A DNA stretch of 64,000 nucleotides from Allosphingosinicella sp. (GCA_035563315.1 DATMVG010000103.1:14602-78601), one strand, 5' to 3'. Positions 53,142-63,533 are shown, counted from the stretch's first letter. Numbers and translations: made by a program. The notes: generated from the sequence alone by a model not told the origin.

Positions 53142-53768
53142 ATGAAGAACGTGTTGATCGTCACCAGCAGCGCCCAGGGCGACCAATCGGTCTCGGGCCA
53201 CCTCGCCAGCACCTTCGAGGGTCGCCTGCGCGCCGCCCACCCCGGCGTCGCCGTCGTGCGCCGCGACGTCGGCACCGGCACCATCCCCCATCTCACGCAC
53301 GAGACCGTCGCCGGCATCCGGGCCGCGCCCGAGACCGAGGCGGAGCTTGCGACTCGAGCCCTCTCCGACGCGCTGGTCGCCGAGCTCCAGGCGGCCGACC
53401 TCGTCGTCATCGCCTCGCCGATGTACAATTTCGGCATGAGCTCGACGCTCAAGACCTGGTTCGACCACGTCCTGCGCGCCGGAGTCACTTTCCGCTATAC
53501 CTCCGCGGGCCCGGAAGGGTTGCTCAAGGGCAAGAAGGCGGTGGTCATCGAGAGCCGCGCCGGCCTCTACAGCGAAGGGCCGCTTCGGCATATGGACGGG
53601 CAGGAGCCGCACATCCGAATCCTGCTCGGCTTCATCGGCATCGACGACGTCGAATATGTCCGCGCCGAGAGGCTCGCCTTCGGGCCCGATGCCGCGGAGG
53701 CCTCGATCGAGGCCGCGGCCGGGCGGCTGGAAGAGCTTGCCGGCGGCCGGCTCCCCCTCGCGGCTTGA
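53142..53768 (+). CDS. azoR: FMN-dependent NADH-azoreductase
   Basis: PMYNFG..S.LK.WFD, RAGVTFRYT..GPEGL, SRAG.Y. Confidence 0.92.
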   Translation: MKNVLIVTSSAQGDQSVSGHLASTFEGRLRAAHPGVAVVRRDVGTGTIPHLTHETVAGIRAAPETEAELATRALSDALVAELQAADLVVIASPMYNFGMSSTLKTWFDHVLRAGVTFRYTSAGPEGLLKGKKAVVIESRAGLYSEGPLRHMDGQEPHIRILLGFIGIDDVEYVRAERLAFGPDAAEASIEAAAGRLEELAGGRLPLAA

Positions 53769-53814
53769 GGCGGCGAGCCCGCAATCCCATCTACCCCGCT
53801 CGCAGGAGACCGAA

Positions 53815-54513
53815 ATGATCGAGGTCAGAAAATTCGAAACCTTGGGCCACGCCGACCATGGCTGGCTGAACGCCCGCCACCATTTCTCCTTCGCCGATTA
53901 TCACGACCCGAAGCGGGAGAGCTGGGGCGCGATCCGTGTGTGGAACGACGACGAGATCGCGGCCCGCTCAGGCTTCCCGCCCCACCCGCACCGCGACATG
54001 GAGATCATCACCTATGTCCGCACCGGCGCCATCACCCACCAGGATTCGATGGGGAATAAGGGGCGCACGGCGGCCGGCGACGTTCAGGTGATGTCGGCAG
54101 GGACCGGCGTCCGCCACGCCGAATATAATCTCGAGGACGAGAAGACGACCTTGTTCCAGATCTGGGTGCTGACCGACCGGCCCGGCGCTCAGCCGAGCTG
54201 GGGGGCGATGCAATTCCCGAAGGAGGAACGCTCGGGCCGGCTGGTCACGCTGGCGAGCGGCTTCGCGGAGGATCGCGACGCGCTCAGGATCAATTCCGCC
54301 GCCCGGGTGATGGGCGCCACCCTCGGCGCCGGCGAGACGGCGGAGCTCGGCCTCGATCCTTCGCGCCACGTCTATCTGGTCGCGACCAACGGGGCCGTCG
54401 AGGTCAACGGCGTCGCCGCCGAGCCGCGCGACGGAGTCGCCATCACCGGCGAGTCGAAGGTGACGATCCGCGCCGTCGACGCCGCCGAGATCGTCCTGGT
54501 CGACGCCCGCTAG
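53815..54513 (+). CDS. Pirin-family protein
   Basis: HHFSFA.Y, GFPPHPHRDMEI, HQDSMGN, MSAGTG..H.E. Confidence 0.95.
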   Translation: MIEVRKFETLGHADHGWLNARHHFSFADYHDPKRESWGAIRVWNDDEIAARSGFPPHPHRDMEIITYVRTGAITHQDSMGNKGRTAAGDVQVMSAGTGVRHAEYNLEDEKTTLFQIWVLTDRPGAQPSWGAMQFPKEERSGRLVTLASGFAEDRDALRINSAARVMGATLGAGETAELGLDPSRHVYLVATNGAVEVNGVAAEPRDGVAITGESKVTIRAVDAAEIVLVDAR

Positions 54514-55022
54514 GACGGCAGGGGCTGGGAAATGCTGTTCCCGCCCCAGGCGACGAACAGGGTCGTGTTGGCGCCGATCGGGGCGGCAAGCGGGATCGCC
54601 TTGCCGCCCATGCATCCCATGCAGCCTTCGGGCGGCTCGCCGCCGGTGAGGTGGATGGCGATGCCGTGGCGCCAGTCCGGCTGAAGCGGCAGCTCGAAGG
54701 AGCCCTCGCTCACCCGGCCCTCATAGGCCAGAGCGACGGCGACCCTGATCGTCCCGGAGCTTCGAGTCCGGTAATAAGCGGAACTCGGAAAGCCGAACTC
54801 GCGCAGGCGGAAGTCGGCCGGGGCGACGAGGCGTTCGCCGCCGCCGTCGTCGAAGCGGGCGCTGAGCTCGCCCAGCTGCTCGGCCGGCCGGCGATAATCG
54901 TAGAAGACGATCTCCGATCGCGGTTGCGCCGCCGCCCCGACCGGATCGTCCGGCGGCGGCGTGACCGCGCACGCCGCCAGCGCGGCAAAGGCCGTCGGCA
55001 GGGCGGCGCGTCCGCGACTCAC
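54510..55022 (-). CDS. Hypothetical lipoprotein
   Basis: Lipobox LAAC; GTG overlaps the upstream stop. Confidence 0.6.
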   Translation of the reverse strand: MSRGRAALPTAFAALAACAVTPPPDDPVGAAAQPRSEIVFYDYRRPAEQLGELSARFDDGGGERLVAPADFRLREFGFPSSAYYRTRSSGTIRVAVALAYEGRVSEGSFELPLQPDWRHGIAIHLTGGEPPEGCMGCMGGKAIPLAAPIGANTTLFVAWGGNSISQPLPS

Positions 55023-55519
55023 TCGTCGATGCGCTCCCTGCGCACGACCCGCTGCGGCGCCTCGTCCCGTTCGACATAGACGGTGCGGCCGCGGCGGTCG
55101 CGGAACAGCGGGATCAGCCCGAGCAGGCCGAGCAGGCCGAGCAAGCCCCAGTCGAAGCCGCGCTCCTCGCGATAGGCGAGCGACATGTCGTTGCCGAACG
55201 GGTCGGCCGGGTCGGCGAAGCCGTTGGGGTAGGCCGAATCCGGATCGATCGTCATCGGCTCGAGCGGCGGCGACACGGTCTGGGGAACGACGACGACCGG
55301 GCCGGGCGAGGGCGAGACCGTGACCGGATCGGGCGCGCTGGTGTCCGGGGTGACGACGGTCGGGCTCGGCGGCCGGCTGCTGGCGGGCGGCGGTGAAGGC
55401 TCGGTCTTGACGGGCGGCGGAGGCGCCACGATCGGCGGATCGGTGCTGTTCTGGGCGGCGGCGGGCGCGGCGAGGGCGACCAGGCAGGCCGCGGCGGCCG
55501 CGGCTGGGGTGAATTTCAT
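55019..55519 (-). CDS. Secreted Pro-rich protein with WGxxGxxG C-terminal anchor
   Basis: Signal peptide; DWGLLGLLGLLGL followed by basic residues. Confidence 0.85.
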   Translation of the reverse strand: MKFTPAAAAAACLVALAAPAAAQNSTDPPIVAPPPPVKTEPSPPPASSRPPSPTVVTPDTSAPDPVTVSPSPGPVVVVPQTVSPPLEPMTIDPDSAYPNGFADPADPFGNDMSLAYREERGFDWGLLGLLGLLGLIPLFRDRRGRTVYVERDEAPQRVVRRERIDE

Positions 55520-55722
55520 CCTGTCCTCCTAATGACGCGGGTGCAACGACTTGGCCGCCCGCGAGGTTGCATGAGGGAGCCCTGATCCGCCTGCCGCCCG
55601 CCCACAACCGTCCGTCGCAGCCGCCCTTGCCGGGCGCCCGCAAGGCGCGGCTTGTTCATCGCCTAGACAGGCGGGCGGCGCAGTCTCGCGCCATCTCGAG
55701 CGGGGGTCCCATCAACGTGGCG

Positions 55723-56052
55723 ATGTATGTGTACAGCACCGACGGCGACCCCGTCGGCTTCGTCTTCGAAACCAACATCTACGATCTCGACGGGACTCCG
55801 CTCGGGCGAATCGTCGGCTGCCGGGTCCATCGCTTCGACGGCACCTATGTCGGCGAGTGGTTCCGCGACATGGTCGTGCGCCGCCCGCAGGCGCGTCCGC
55901 GAATCATTCCGCCCGCCCCGGCGCCGCCGCGACGGCCGCCGGCGAGCGCCTCCTACCGGCTGCGGGCGGTGGTCGATTACGGCTATTCGGACGCCTTCCC
56001 CCTGCTCCGCCACGGCGCCGACGATTCCTGGATGGGCGCGGCGGCCGAATAG
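55723..56052 (+). CDS. Small beta-repeat protein
   Basis: Repeated Y...G..VG units. Confidence 0.65.
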   Translation: MYVYSTDGDPVGFVFETNIYDLDGTPLGRIVGCRVHRFDGTYVGEWFRDMVVRRPQARPRIIPPAPAPPRRPPASASYRLRAVVDYGYSDAFPLLRHGADDSWMGAAAE

Positions 56053-56106
56053 GAACCGGCGCGCCCCGAGGGCGGTTGAAGGCGGATCGATGGCGAATAA
56101 CGATAG

Positions 56107-56478
56107 ATGATCCTGGTCGTCGACGATGACCCGACCGTCCGGGCGACGATCGGACGCGCTCTCGCCGCGCTCGGCTACGGAGTCCGCGAAGCGGCCGACG
56201 GCTATGCCGCGCTCGAGGTCGTGCGCGCCGAGCCGCTCAGCCTGGTCATCCTCGATTACGTGATGCCCGGCATGGACGGCGCCGAGACGGCGCGCGCCAT
56301 CGGCTCGATCGACCCCGAGCTGCCGATCGTCTTCTCGACCGGCCATGCCGCGCTCAGGGCCCTGCGCGCCGCGGCGGGCGAGGACGTCAGGGTGCTCGAA
56401 AAGCCGTTCACGCTCGACGAGCTCGACGCCCTCCTGCGCGAGCGCTTGGCGGAAAGGCGGCGGGCGCGCTCAGCCTGA
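56107..56478 (+). CDS. Single-domain response regulator
   Basis: ILVVDDD, LDYVMPGMDG, FSTG, KPF. Confidence 0.93.
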   Translation: MILVVDDDPTVRATIGRALAALGYGVREAADGYAALEVVRAEPLSLVILDYVMPGMDGAETARAIGSIDPELPIVFSTGHAALRALRAAAGEDVRVLEKPFTLDELDALLRERLAERRRARSA

Positions 56479-56542
56479 AATGCCAGTCGAGGCCAGCATC
56501 AACGAAATTCTTGGCGACCGGGGAGGAATGGGGTCCGAGGGA

Positions 56543-57028
56543 TCACTGGTGGGGAGCGGAACGAGGACCGCAGACGGCGTAGGTCGCGCGTGCTCCGACA
56601 TAATGTCCCGTGCCGGTGGCGTAGGGAACGATGTCGGTGAAGATTTCGATATCGACGATGGTTGCAGCGCTCGGTTTCTGCGCCTGAGCCTGGGTCCTTG
56701 CGGCGGCAATGAAACCGTCCTGCTCGGCTGCGCTGAAAGTATTGGCATTCGCCCCTTGCCACAGCCAGGGTCCGGCGGAGTAGCCGGCCAGCACCTTGGT
56801 CTGGACACTGTGATACTCGCCTGCGCAGGCGGCCTGCCCGAGACAGGTGGTCAGATATCGCGTGATCTCTGCGCGCAGTTGGTAGAAATGCGCGGGATAG
56901 CGGTTGCATTGCGGCGCTCCCTTCACCGCGGCGGTCAATGATCGCCCGGCAGGGGTACAGGACGCGATTCCGCCGCAAAGCACGACCGCGGTTCCGGCCA
57001 GTAATATCCTCAACAGCGGAGCATCCAT
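56543..57028 (-). CDS. Hypothetical lipoprotein (lower GC)
   Basis: Signal peptide with IASC lipobox. Confidence 0.55.
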   Translation of the reverse strand: MDAPLLRILLAGTAVVLCGGIASCTPAGRSLTAAVKGAPQCNRYPAHFYQLRAEITRYLTTCLGQAACAGEYHSVQTKVLAGYSAGPWLWQGANANTFSAAEQDGFIAAARTQAQAQKPSAATIVDIEIFTDIVPYATGTGHYVGARATYAVCGPRSAPHQ

Positions 57029-57182
57029 CCTGGCGGTCTACTCCGCTGTGCGCGGCGGAGAAGACGAATTACGTCCGTTATGGGCCTTGGAGCTTCAGCG
57101 CCTGATCTCTGCCCGGTCGCATGCCGAGGATGCGGCCGACGTCGGCCTCGACGGCAGATCGTCCAGGAGGCGGGGTCGATGC

Positions 57183-57800
57183 CTAGATCGGAACGACGTG
57201 GCGGTGGTGCCAGGCGAAGATGGCGGCGGCTCCGCGATGGGGCCGCCACGGCTCGGCCAGCTCGCGCACCTTCTTCTCGGTCGGCCGTTCGGCAAGGCCG
57301 AGGATCCGGCCGACCTCGACCTGAACGGCGAGGTCGCCGGCCGGCCAGACGTCGGTTCGGCCCTCGGCGAACAGGAGGTAGACTTCCGCGGTCCAGCGGC
57401 CGATTCCCTTGACCCGGGTCAGCGCCGCGATCGCCGCCTCGTCATCGGCGGGCAGCGCCGCGAAGTCGAGCCGTCCGCTGAGGACCTCTTCGGCGAGGCT
57501 CTTGATATAAGCGATCTTCTGGCGGGAGAGGCCGGCGGCGCGAAGATCCTCGTCGCTGGTCGCGGCGACGTTGGTGGGATCGGCGGTGCCGCCGGTCGCG
57601 GCCTCGACCCGGGCGAGGATCGAGGCCGCCGCCTTGATCGAAACCTGCTGGCCGACGATGGCGCGGAGCAGTGTCTCGTAGCCGCTGTCGCGGATGCGCG
57701 GCGCCGGATAGCCGATCCGGGCGATCGCCGCGGCGAAGGCGGGCTCGATCGCGGCCAGGGCGTCGAGCGAAGACTTCAATTTCTCGGCCGTCAATGCCAT
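57183..57800 (-). CDS. alkA: DNA-3-methyladenine glycosylase II (AlkA family)
   Basis: IVGQQVS, GLSRQK, HhH KGIGRWTAE, WPAGD, WRPHR. Confidence 0.88.
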   Translation of the reverse strand: MALTAEKLKSSLDALAAIEPAFAAAIARIGYPAPRIRDSGYETLLRAIVGQQVSIKAAASILARVEAATGGTADPTNVAATSDEDLRAAGLSRQKIAYIKSLAEEVLSGRLDFAALPADDEAAIAALTRVKGIGRWTAEVYLLFAEGRTDVWPAGDLAVQVEVGRILGLAERPTEKKVRELAEPWRPHRGAAAIFAWHHRHVVPI

Positions 57801-57881
57801 CCGCTCCGCCTTGCGCTCCCCGCCGCCGCCTAGCATAGGTCGCCGCCGGCGCATCCCCTTTCCTCGCTCCAGGACCCGTCC

Positions 57882-58199
57882 ATGCCCAAGCTCACCATCG
57901 TCAGCCGCGGCGGCGCCGAACGGACGGTGGAGGGACGCGCCGGCTGGAGCGTGATGGAGAATATCCGCGACAACGGCTTCGACGAGCTGCTCGCGCTGTG
58001 CGGCGGCTGCTGCTCGTGCGCCACCTGCCACGTCCACGTCGATCCGCAATGGCTGGAAGCGGTCGGCCCGCCCAAGCCGGACGAGGACGACCTGCTCGAC
58101 AGCTCCCACCACCGCGCCGAGACCAGCCGCCTGTCCTGCCAGATCCTGTTCACCGCCGAGCTCGACGGCCTTCGCGTCCGAATCGCCCCGGAGGATTAG
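57882..58199 (+). CDS. 2Fe-2S ferredoxin (adrenodoxin type)
   Basis: CGGCCSCATCHV...SRLSCQ. Confidence 0.95.
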   Translation: MPKLTIVSRGGAERTVEGRAGWSVMENIRDNGFDELLALCGGCCSCATCHVHVDPQWLEAVGPPKPDEDDLLDSSHHRAETSRLSCQILFTAELDGLRVRIAPED

Positions 58200-58933
58200 G
58201 CGGTCGACGCCGCGTAGAGCGCGATCGCTGCGGCGTTGGAGACGTTGAGGCTCTCCATCTTCGCGCCGATCGGCAGGCGCGCGAGCGCGTCGCAATGCGC
58301 TTCGACATTCTGCCGAAGCCCCTCGCCCTCGGCCCCGAGCACCAGCGCCACTCGGGGCGGCCCCAGCGCCTCGGCCAAAGTCAGGTCGGCGTCGCCGCTG
58401 AGGCCGATGCGCCAGAAGGGGGCCTCGGCGATCTCGTCGAGGGCGCGGGCGAGGTTGACGACCCGCACCCAGGGGACGGTCTCGAGGGCGCCGCTCGCGG
58501 CCTTGGCGAGCGCTCCCGATTCGGGCGGCGCGTGCCGGTCCTGGGTGACCAGGCCGAGCGCGTCGAACGCCGCCGCCGAGCGCAGGATCGCGCCGACATT
58601 GTGGGGATCGGTGACATGGTCGAGGACGAGCAGCGGCCGGCCGTCCTCGGCCTCGTCGAGCAGCTCGGCGAGGAGCCGGTCGGGCAGCCGCTCGACCTCG
58701 GCGACCAGGCCCTGGTGGGGCGCGTCGCGAGGCACCAGCCGGCCGAGATCGGCGACGTCGGCGAAGGTGACCGGGACGGAAGGCGCCAGGTCGAGAGTCG
58801 CGGCCGCCTCGCGGGTCGCCCACATCCGGACGACCTGACGCTCGGGATTGGCGAGCGCCGCCGCGACGGCGTGGCGGCCCCAGAAGCGGGGCCGGTTCTC
58901 CGGCTTGGTCGCCTGGCGCGCCTTGCGTCGCAT
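58196..58933 (-). CDS. rlmB: 23S rRNA Gm2251 methyltransferase (SpoU family)
   Basis: DPHNVGAILRSA, GAEGEG, ESLNVSNA. Confidence 0.9.
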   Translation of the reverse strand: MRRKARQATKPENRPRFWGRHAVAAALANPERQVVRMWATREAAATLDLAPSVPVTFADVADLGRLVPRDAPHQGLVAEVERLPDRLLAELLDEAEDGRPLLVLDHVTDPHNVGAILRSAAAFDALGLVTQDRHAPPESGALAKAASGALETVPWVRVVNLARALDEIAEAPFWRIGLSGDADLTLAEALGPPRVALVLGAEGEGLRQNVEAHCDALARLPIGAKMESLNVSNAAAIALYAASTA

Positions 58934-58942
58934 CGTCCGCCC

Positions 58943-59737
58943 CTAGAAGAAGACCAGCAGGGCCGAGCCGAGAGCGATCCGGTAGAGCACGAACACCAGC
59001 ATCGAGGCGTGCCTGAGGAAGCGCATCAGGAAGGCCATGGTGGCGAAGGCGGTGACGAAGGTCATCGCGCCCGCGACCAGAGCGTCCCACTGCATCTGGG
59101 CGGTGGCGTCGGCGAGGTCGAGCACCGCCAGGGTGCCGGCGCCGGCGACGGCCGGAAGCGCGAGCAGGAAGGAGAATCGCGCCGCCTCGACCCGCTCGTA
59201 GCCGAGGAACCGGGCCGCGGTCATGGTCACTCCGGAGCGGCTGGTGCCCGGGATCAGCGCCAGCGCCTGGGCGAGGCCGACGATGACGGCATCGCCGAGC
59301 GTCATGTCCTCGTAGCGCTTCTTCCTCGGCCCGAGCCAGTCGGCGATGCCGAGGAGGATCCCGTAGACGATCAGGTTGACCGCGACGAGCGTGGTCGAGC
59401 GGAAGCTGTCGAGCCAGCCGCCCTCCTTGAGGAACAGGCCGAACAGGATCGCCGGAACGGTCCCGATCGCGATCCACCAGAAGAGCCGCCGCTGCTCCGG
59501 GGCGCTGCCGATGCCGACGGTCGAGAGGCCGCCGCGCAGGAGGCCGACCGATTCGCGGAAGAAATAGAGCAGGATGGCGAGGAAGGAGCCGATGTGGACG
59601 GCGATGTCGATGAGCGGCCCCTGATCGGGCATGTGCGTGACGTAGGGAATCAGGATCAGGTGCCCGGACGACGAGATGGGCAGGAATTCGGTCACGCCCT
59701 GGACGACGGCGATGAGCAGCAGCTGGAGAAAGGTCAT
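58943..59737 (-). CDS. uppP: Undecaprenyl-diphosphate phosphatase
   Basis: QGVTEFLPISSSGH, PGTSRSG. Confidence 0.95.
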   Translation of the reverse strand: MTFLQLLLIAVVQGVTEFLPISSSGHLILIPYVTHMPDQGPLIDIAVHIGSFLAILLYFFRESVGLLRGGLSTVGIGSAPEQRRLFWWIAIGTVPAILFGLFLKEGGWLDSFRSTTLVAVNLIVYGILLGIADWLGPRKKRYEDMTLGDAVIVGLAQALALIPGTSRSGVTMTAARFLGYERVEAARFSFLLALPAVAGAGTLAVLDLADATAQMQWDALVAGAMTFVTAFATMAFLMRFLRHASMLVFVLYRIALGSALLVFF

Positions 59738-59962
59738 GGACGATCCGGAGAGTGAGGCGCGCGCGCCTTAGCAGACCGGACGCCCCCATTGGCAACAGGC
59801 TTGTCGAGGCGCGGCGATCGGTGGCCGGCGCCCTGGCCGAGGCGCCGCGGGCATTGCGGCGGCGCGTTCAGCGGCCGGTCATCGCCCGCCCCCTAGGGAG
59901 CAACCGACTCGGCGCGCGGCGCGTTGTCGATCCGCCGCGCCCTTCGCGCATCGGGAGGCCTT

Positions 59963-60451
59963 ATGTACAAGCTTTTGATCGCCGCCGCCGCGGCCGCCCT
60001 CGCCGCCCCGGCGACCGCCCAGGAGGACGGCTTCGCCGACCCCCGCGACGAGGAGATCGCCGGAGCCCTTCCCCCGGCCGAGGACATCGAGGCGATGGCG
60101 CCGGCGCTCGACCGCTCGGTCGGAGCGCTGATGGACGTCGATGTCGGGCCGATCCTCGACGCCGCCGATCCGTGGCGCCGCCGCTACGGCTACGGCCGGC
60201 CCGGCCGGACGCTGGGCGCGCTCGGGCGCCGCGACGACCCCTATTTCGAGGAGCGGATCCGCTCGTCCATCTACGGCACCACCGCCGGCATGGCCCGGAT
60301 GATGGGCGCCTTCTCCGCCGCCGCTCCCGCACTCGCCCGGTCGATCCGCGAGGTCGAGCGCGCGATGGGCGCCGCGATCGACGATTATCATCGCCGCCGC
60401 GGCGACCCCCGCGACGATCGGGAGCAGCGAGAATATTATCCCGACGATTGA
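59963..60451 (+). CDS. Secreted hypothetical protein
   Basis: GGAGG RBS; signal peptide. Confidence 0.75.
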   Translation: MYKLLIAAAAAALAAPATAQEDGFADPRDEEIAGALPPAEDIEAMAPALDRSVGALMDVDVGPILDAADPWRRRYGYGRPGRTLGALGRRDDPYFEERIRSSIYGTTAGMARMMGAFSAAAPALARSIREVERAMGAAIDDYHRRRGDPRDDREQREYYPDD

Positions 60452-60513
60452 GCCGGCGCCGCCAAATGACCGGTGGACTGGGGCCGCGCCTCGGCTAAAG
60501 AGACGGCCCATCC

Positions 60514-61185
60514 ATGTGGCAGCTCTACCAGTTCCCGCTCTGTCCTTTCTCGCGCAAGGTCCGGCTGATGCTGACCGAGAAAGGCGTCGCCCATGAGATG
60601 AAGCGGGTGTCGCCCTGGGCCCAGGACGACGACTTTTCAGACCTCAACCCGGCCGGCGAGACGCCGGTGCTGGTCGAGGAGCAGAAAGGCGCCGTGCTGA
60701 TCGATTCCGGGGCGATCTGCGAATATTTCGAGGAGACCGTCGAGCGAGCGCCGATGATCCCGGGGACCTCGATCAACCGCGCCGAGACGAGGCGGCTGGT
60801 GGCCTGGTTCGACGGCAAGCTGCACCGGGACGTCGTCGCTCCGCTGATGGAGGAAAGGATGCGCAAGCGCCTCGTCAGCCGCGCCCCGCCCGACACCTCC
60901 GAGCTGCGCAAGGCGATGACCGCCGCCAACGGCCATCTCGACTATATCGACTATCTGCTCGACCATCGCCGCTGGCTCGCCGGGCCTGCGCTGACCCTCG
61001 CCGACCTCGCCGCCGCGGCGCAGCTGTCAGTCGCCGACTATCTCGGCGGCATCGACTGGCGAGGCCACAAGCAGACCGCCGACTGGTACGCCGTCATGAA
61101 ATCGCGGCCGAGCTTCCGGCCGCTGCTCAGCGAGCGCATGGAGGTGATCATGCCGCCGGCCCATTACGACAAGGTCGACTTCTGA
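60514..61185 (+). CDS. Glutathione S-transferase family protein (FzlA-like)
   Basis: LCPFSRKVRL, NPAG.TPVL, KSRPSFRPLL, C-terminal HYDKVDF. Confidence 0.88.
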   Translation: MWQLYQFPLCPFSRKVRLMLTEKGVAHEMKRVSPWAQDDDFSDLNPAGETPVLVEEQKGAVLIDSGAICEYFEETVERAPMIPGTSINRAETRRLVAWFDGKLHRDVVAPLMEERMRKRLVSRAPPDTSELRKAMTAANGHLDYIDYLLDHRRWLAGPALTLADLAAAAQLSVADYLGGIDWRGHKQTADWYAVMKSRPSFRPLLSERMEVIMPPAHYDKVDF

Positions 61186-61222
61186 CCTTGATACGCCCGC
61201 CTGCGCGGCCCACATCGAAACG

Positions 61223-61795
61223 ATGCTGATCCAGACCGAAACGACCCCCAATCCGTCGACGCTCAAATTCCTCCCCGGCCAGGCGGTGATGGATCACGGC
61301 ACCCGCGATTTCGCGACCCCGGAGGCGGCCGAGGCGTCGCCGCTGGCCGAAGCGATCTTCTCGACCGGCGAGGTCGAGGGCGTCTTCTTCGGTCGCGATT
61401 TCATCTCGGTGACGGCGGCGCCCGGCGTCGAATGGCGGCAGCTCAAGCCGCAGGTGCTCGAAGTGCTGCTCGACCATTTCGCGAGCGGAGCGCCGCTGTT
61501 TCGCCCGGCCAGCGCCGGGGCCATCGCCATCGCGGACGCGGACGCCATCGCCGAGGACCCCGCCGACGCCGAGGTCGTCGCCCAGATCCGCGAGCTGATC
61601 GAGACAAGGGTGCGCCCGGCGGTGGCCAAGGACGGCGGCGACATCGTCTATCGCGGCTTCGCGGCGGGGACCGTCTATCTCGCCCTGCACGGCGCCTGCT
61701 CCGGCTGTCCGTCCTCGACGATGACTCTAAAGCAGGGCATCGAGAGCCTGCTCAAATATTACGTGCCCGAGGTCGAATCGGTCGAAGCGGTCTGA
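61223..61795 (+). CDS. NifU/Nfu-family Fe-S carrier
   Basis: TETTPNP.TLKFLPG, DGGDI, GACSGCPSS. Confidence 0.93.
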   Translation: MLIQTETTPNPSTLKFLPGQAVMDHGTRDFATPEAAEASPLAEAIFSTGEVEGVFFGRDFISVTAAPGVEWRQLKPQVLEVLLDHFASGAPLFRPASAGAIAIADADAIAEDPADAEVVAQIRELIETRVRPAVAKDGGDIVYRGFAAGTVYLALHGACSGCPSSTMTLKQGIESLLKYYVPEVESVEAV

Positions 61796-61798
61796 ACC

Positions 61799-62401
61799 GT
61801 GGAGCTGGTCATCGACAGCGCCACCGCCGCTTGCTCGGCGGCGCTGATCGGGCCGGGCGGAACCCTGATCGCCGAGCGGCACGAGCTGGTCGGCCGCGGC
61901 CATGCCGAGCGGCTGGTGCCGATGATCGCCGAGCTGCTCGAGGGCCGCCGCCCGGCCTCGATCCTGGTCGATTGCGGGCCGGGAAGCTTCACCGGGGTTC
62001 GAGTGGGGCTCGCCGCCGCCTACGGCCTGGCGGCGGGCTGGAAGGTGGCGCTTGCCGGCTATTCCTCGCTCGCCCTCATCGCCGCGGCAACCGGCGAGGC
62101 CGAGGTCGCGGCCGCCCTTCAGGGGGGACATGGCGAGCTTTTCGTGCAAAGCTTCGCCGGTGAACCGCTCGCGCCCGTCGACGACCTGCGCTCGCTCGCC
62201 CCGCGCGAGGCCGCCGCGGCGGTGCGCGCCGATCTCGTCGTCGGCTCCGGCGCCGATGCCCTGGTGGCGGCGCGCGGCTACGGCCGGGCGACCGACCTCC
62301 TGCCCCGCGCCGCCGATGCCCGCCGCCTTCCGCCCGGCCTTCGGACCGTCCCGGCGCGGCCTCTCTACGGGCGGGCGCCCGACGCCAGGCGGCTGACATG
62401 A
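61799..62401 (+). CDS. tsaB: t6A biosynthesis protein TsaB
   Basis: IDSAT..CS.A, GHAERL, GPGSFTG.RVG. Confidence 0.92.
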   Translation: MELVIDSATAACSAALIGPGGTLIAERHELVGRGHAERLVPMIAELLEGRRPASILVDCGPGSFTGVRVGLAAAYGLAAGWKVALAGYSSLALIAAATGEAEVAAALQGGHGELFVQSFAGEPLAPVDDLRSLAPREAAAAVRADLVVGSGADALVAARGYGRATDLLPRAADARRLPPGLRTVPARPLYGRAPDARRLT

Positions 62402-62877
62402 ACGCTTCCGAAATCCGCCTTGGCGAAGCCGGCGTCGCCGACCTCGACGCGGTGATGGAGGTGATGGAGGACAGCTTCGATCCGCGCTTCGGCGAGGCCT
62501 GGACGGCGCCGCAATTCGCCGGCCTGCTGCCGATGCCGGGTGTCTGGCTCGTGCTGGCGCGCGAGGGCGCCGACGCGGTCGGCTTCGCGCTCGCCCGGAT
62601 CATCGCGGACGAAGCCGAGTTGCTCCTGCTCGCCGTGCGTCGCGACAGCCAATGCCGCGGCATCGGCAAGATGCTGCTCCGCCGTTTCGAAACGGAAGCC
62701 AAGACGCGCGGAGCGACGCGCCTCCACCTCGAAGTCCGCCAGGGCAACCATGCGGTCAAGTTATACGAGGATACCGGGTTCCGTTTAGTTGGACGGCGCA
62801 GGAATTACTACAGTGGCCATGATGGCTGTTGCTATGACGCGCTGACCTTAGCTAAAGGCGCCCCAGGCCGAGACTAG
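62398..62877 (+). CDS. rimI: RimI-like GNAT acetyltransferase
   Basis: EAELLLLAV, GIG, LEVR..N..A..LY...GF...G.R.NYY. Confidence 0.85.
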   Translation: MNASEIRLGEAGVADLDAVMEVMEDSFDPRFGEAWTAPQFAGLLPMPGVWLVLAREGADAVGFALARIIADEAELLLLAVRRDSQCRGIGKMLLRRFETEAKTRGATRLHLEVRQGNHAVKLYEDTGFRLVGRRRNYYSGHDGCCYDALTLAKGAPGRD

Positions 62878-62995
62878 CCTTTTCATTGCGCTGCATTCGA
62901 GCTTGTCAAAAGCACCAAAACGGACCTATCCGATAGGATACCTGTCACGGCCAATGGCAGGCCCCTCTGACCACCAGGAAAGTTGGTACCGACAT

Positions 62996-63418
62996 ATGGA
63001 AAATCAGGACAATTTCGGGGAGACGCTGATCACCCTTACGGCCGATATTGTATCGGCCCACGTCAGCAACAACAGCGTGGCGGTTTCCGATCTGCCATTG
63101 CTAATAAGTAACGTTCACAGTGCGTTGAACGGATTGGGGCAGCGCAAGGAAGAGCCCGCGCCGAAGCCCGAGCCGAAGGTTTCGGTCCGTTCCTCGATCA
63201 AGCCGGACTACATCGTCTGCCTCGAGGACGGCAAGAAGCTGAAGATGCTCAAGCGGCATCTGATGACCCATTACAGCATGACGCCCGACGAATATCGGCA
63301 GAAGTGGGGGCTCAACGCGGACTACCCGATGGTCGCCCCGAACTATGCCGAGCAACGGCGCACGCTCGCCAAGAAGATCGGCCTCGGCACCAAGCGCCGG
63401 CGCACCGGCCGCAAATAG
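62996..63418 (+). CDS. mucR: MucR/Ros zinc-finger regulator
   Basis: LTADIVSAHVSNN, CLEDGKKLKMLKRHL, YPMVAPNY. Confidence 0.95.
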   Translation: MENQDNFGETLITLTADIVSAHVSNNSVAVSDLPLLISNVHSALNGLGQRKEEPAPKPEPKVSVRSSIKPDYIVCLEDGKKLKMLKRHLMTHYSMTPDEYRQKWGLNADYPMVAPNYAEQRRTLAKKIGLGTKRRRTGRK

Positions 63419-63443
63419 CCGGCGCGGGCGACCCGCCGGATTC

Positions 63444-63480
63444 AGCGTCGCTCCCGCCGCCGGCGGGGGCGACGCTTTTT
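63444..63480 (+). terminator. Rho-independent terminator after mucR
   Basis: AGCGTCGCTCCCGCC-GCC-GGCGGGGGCGACGCT followed by TTTT. Confidence 0.75.
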
Positions 63481-63533
63481 CTGCCCCTGCCCGCTTTGAA
63501 TCGCCCGCCGATGTGCTCTAATGTAGCGGCACC

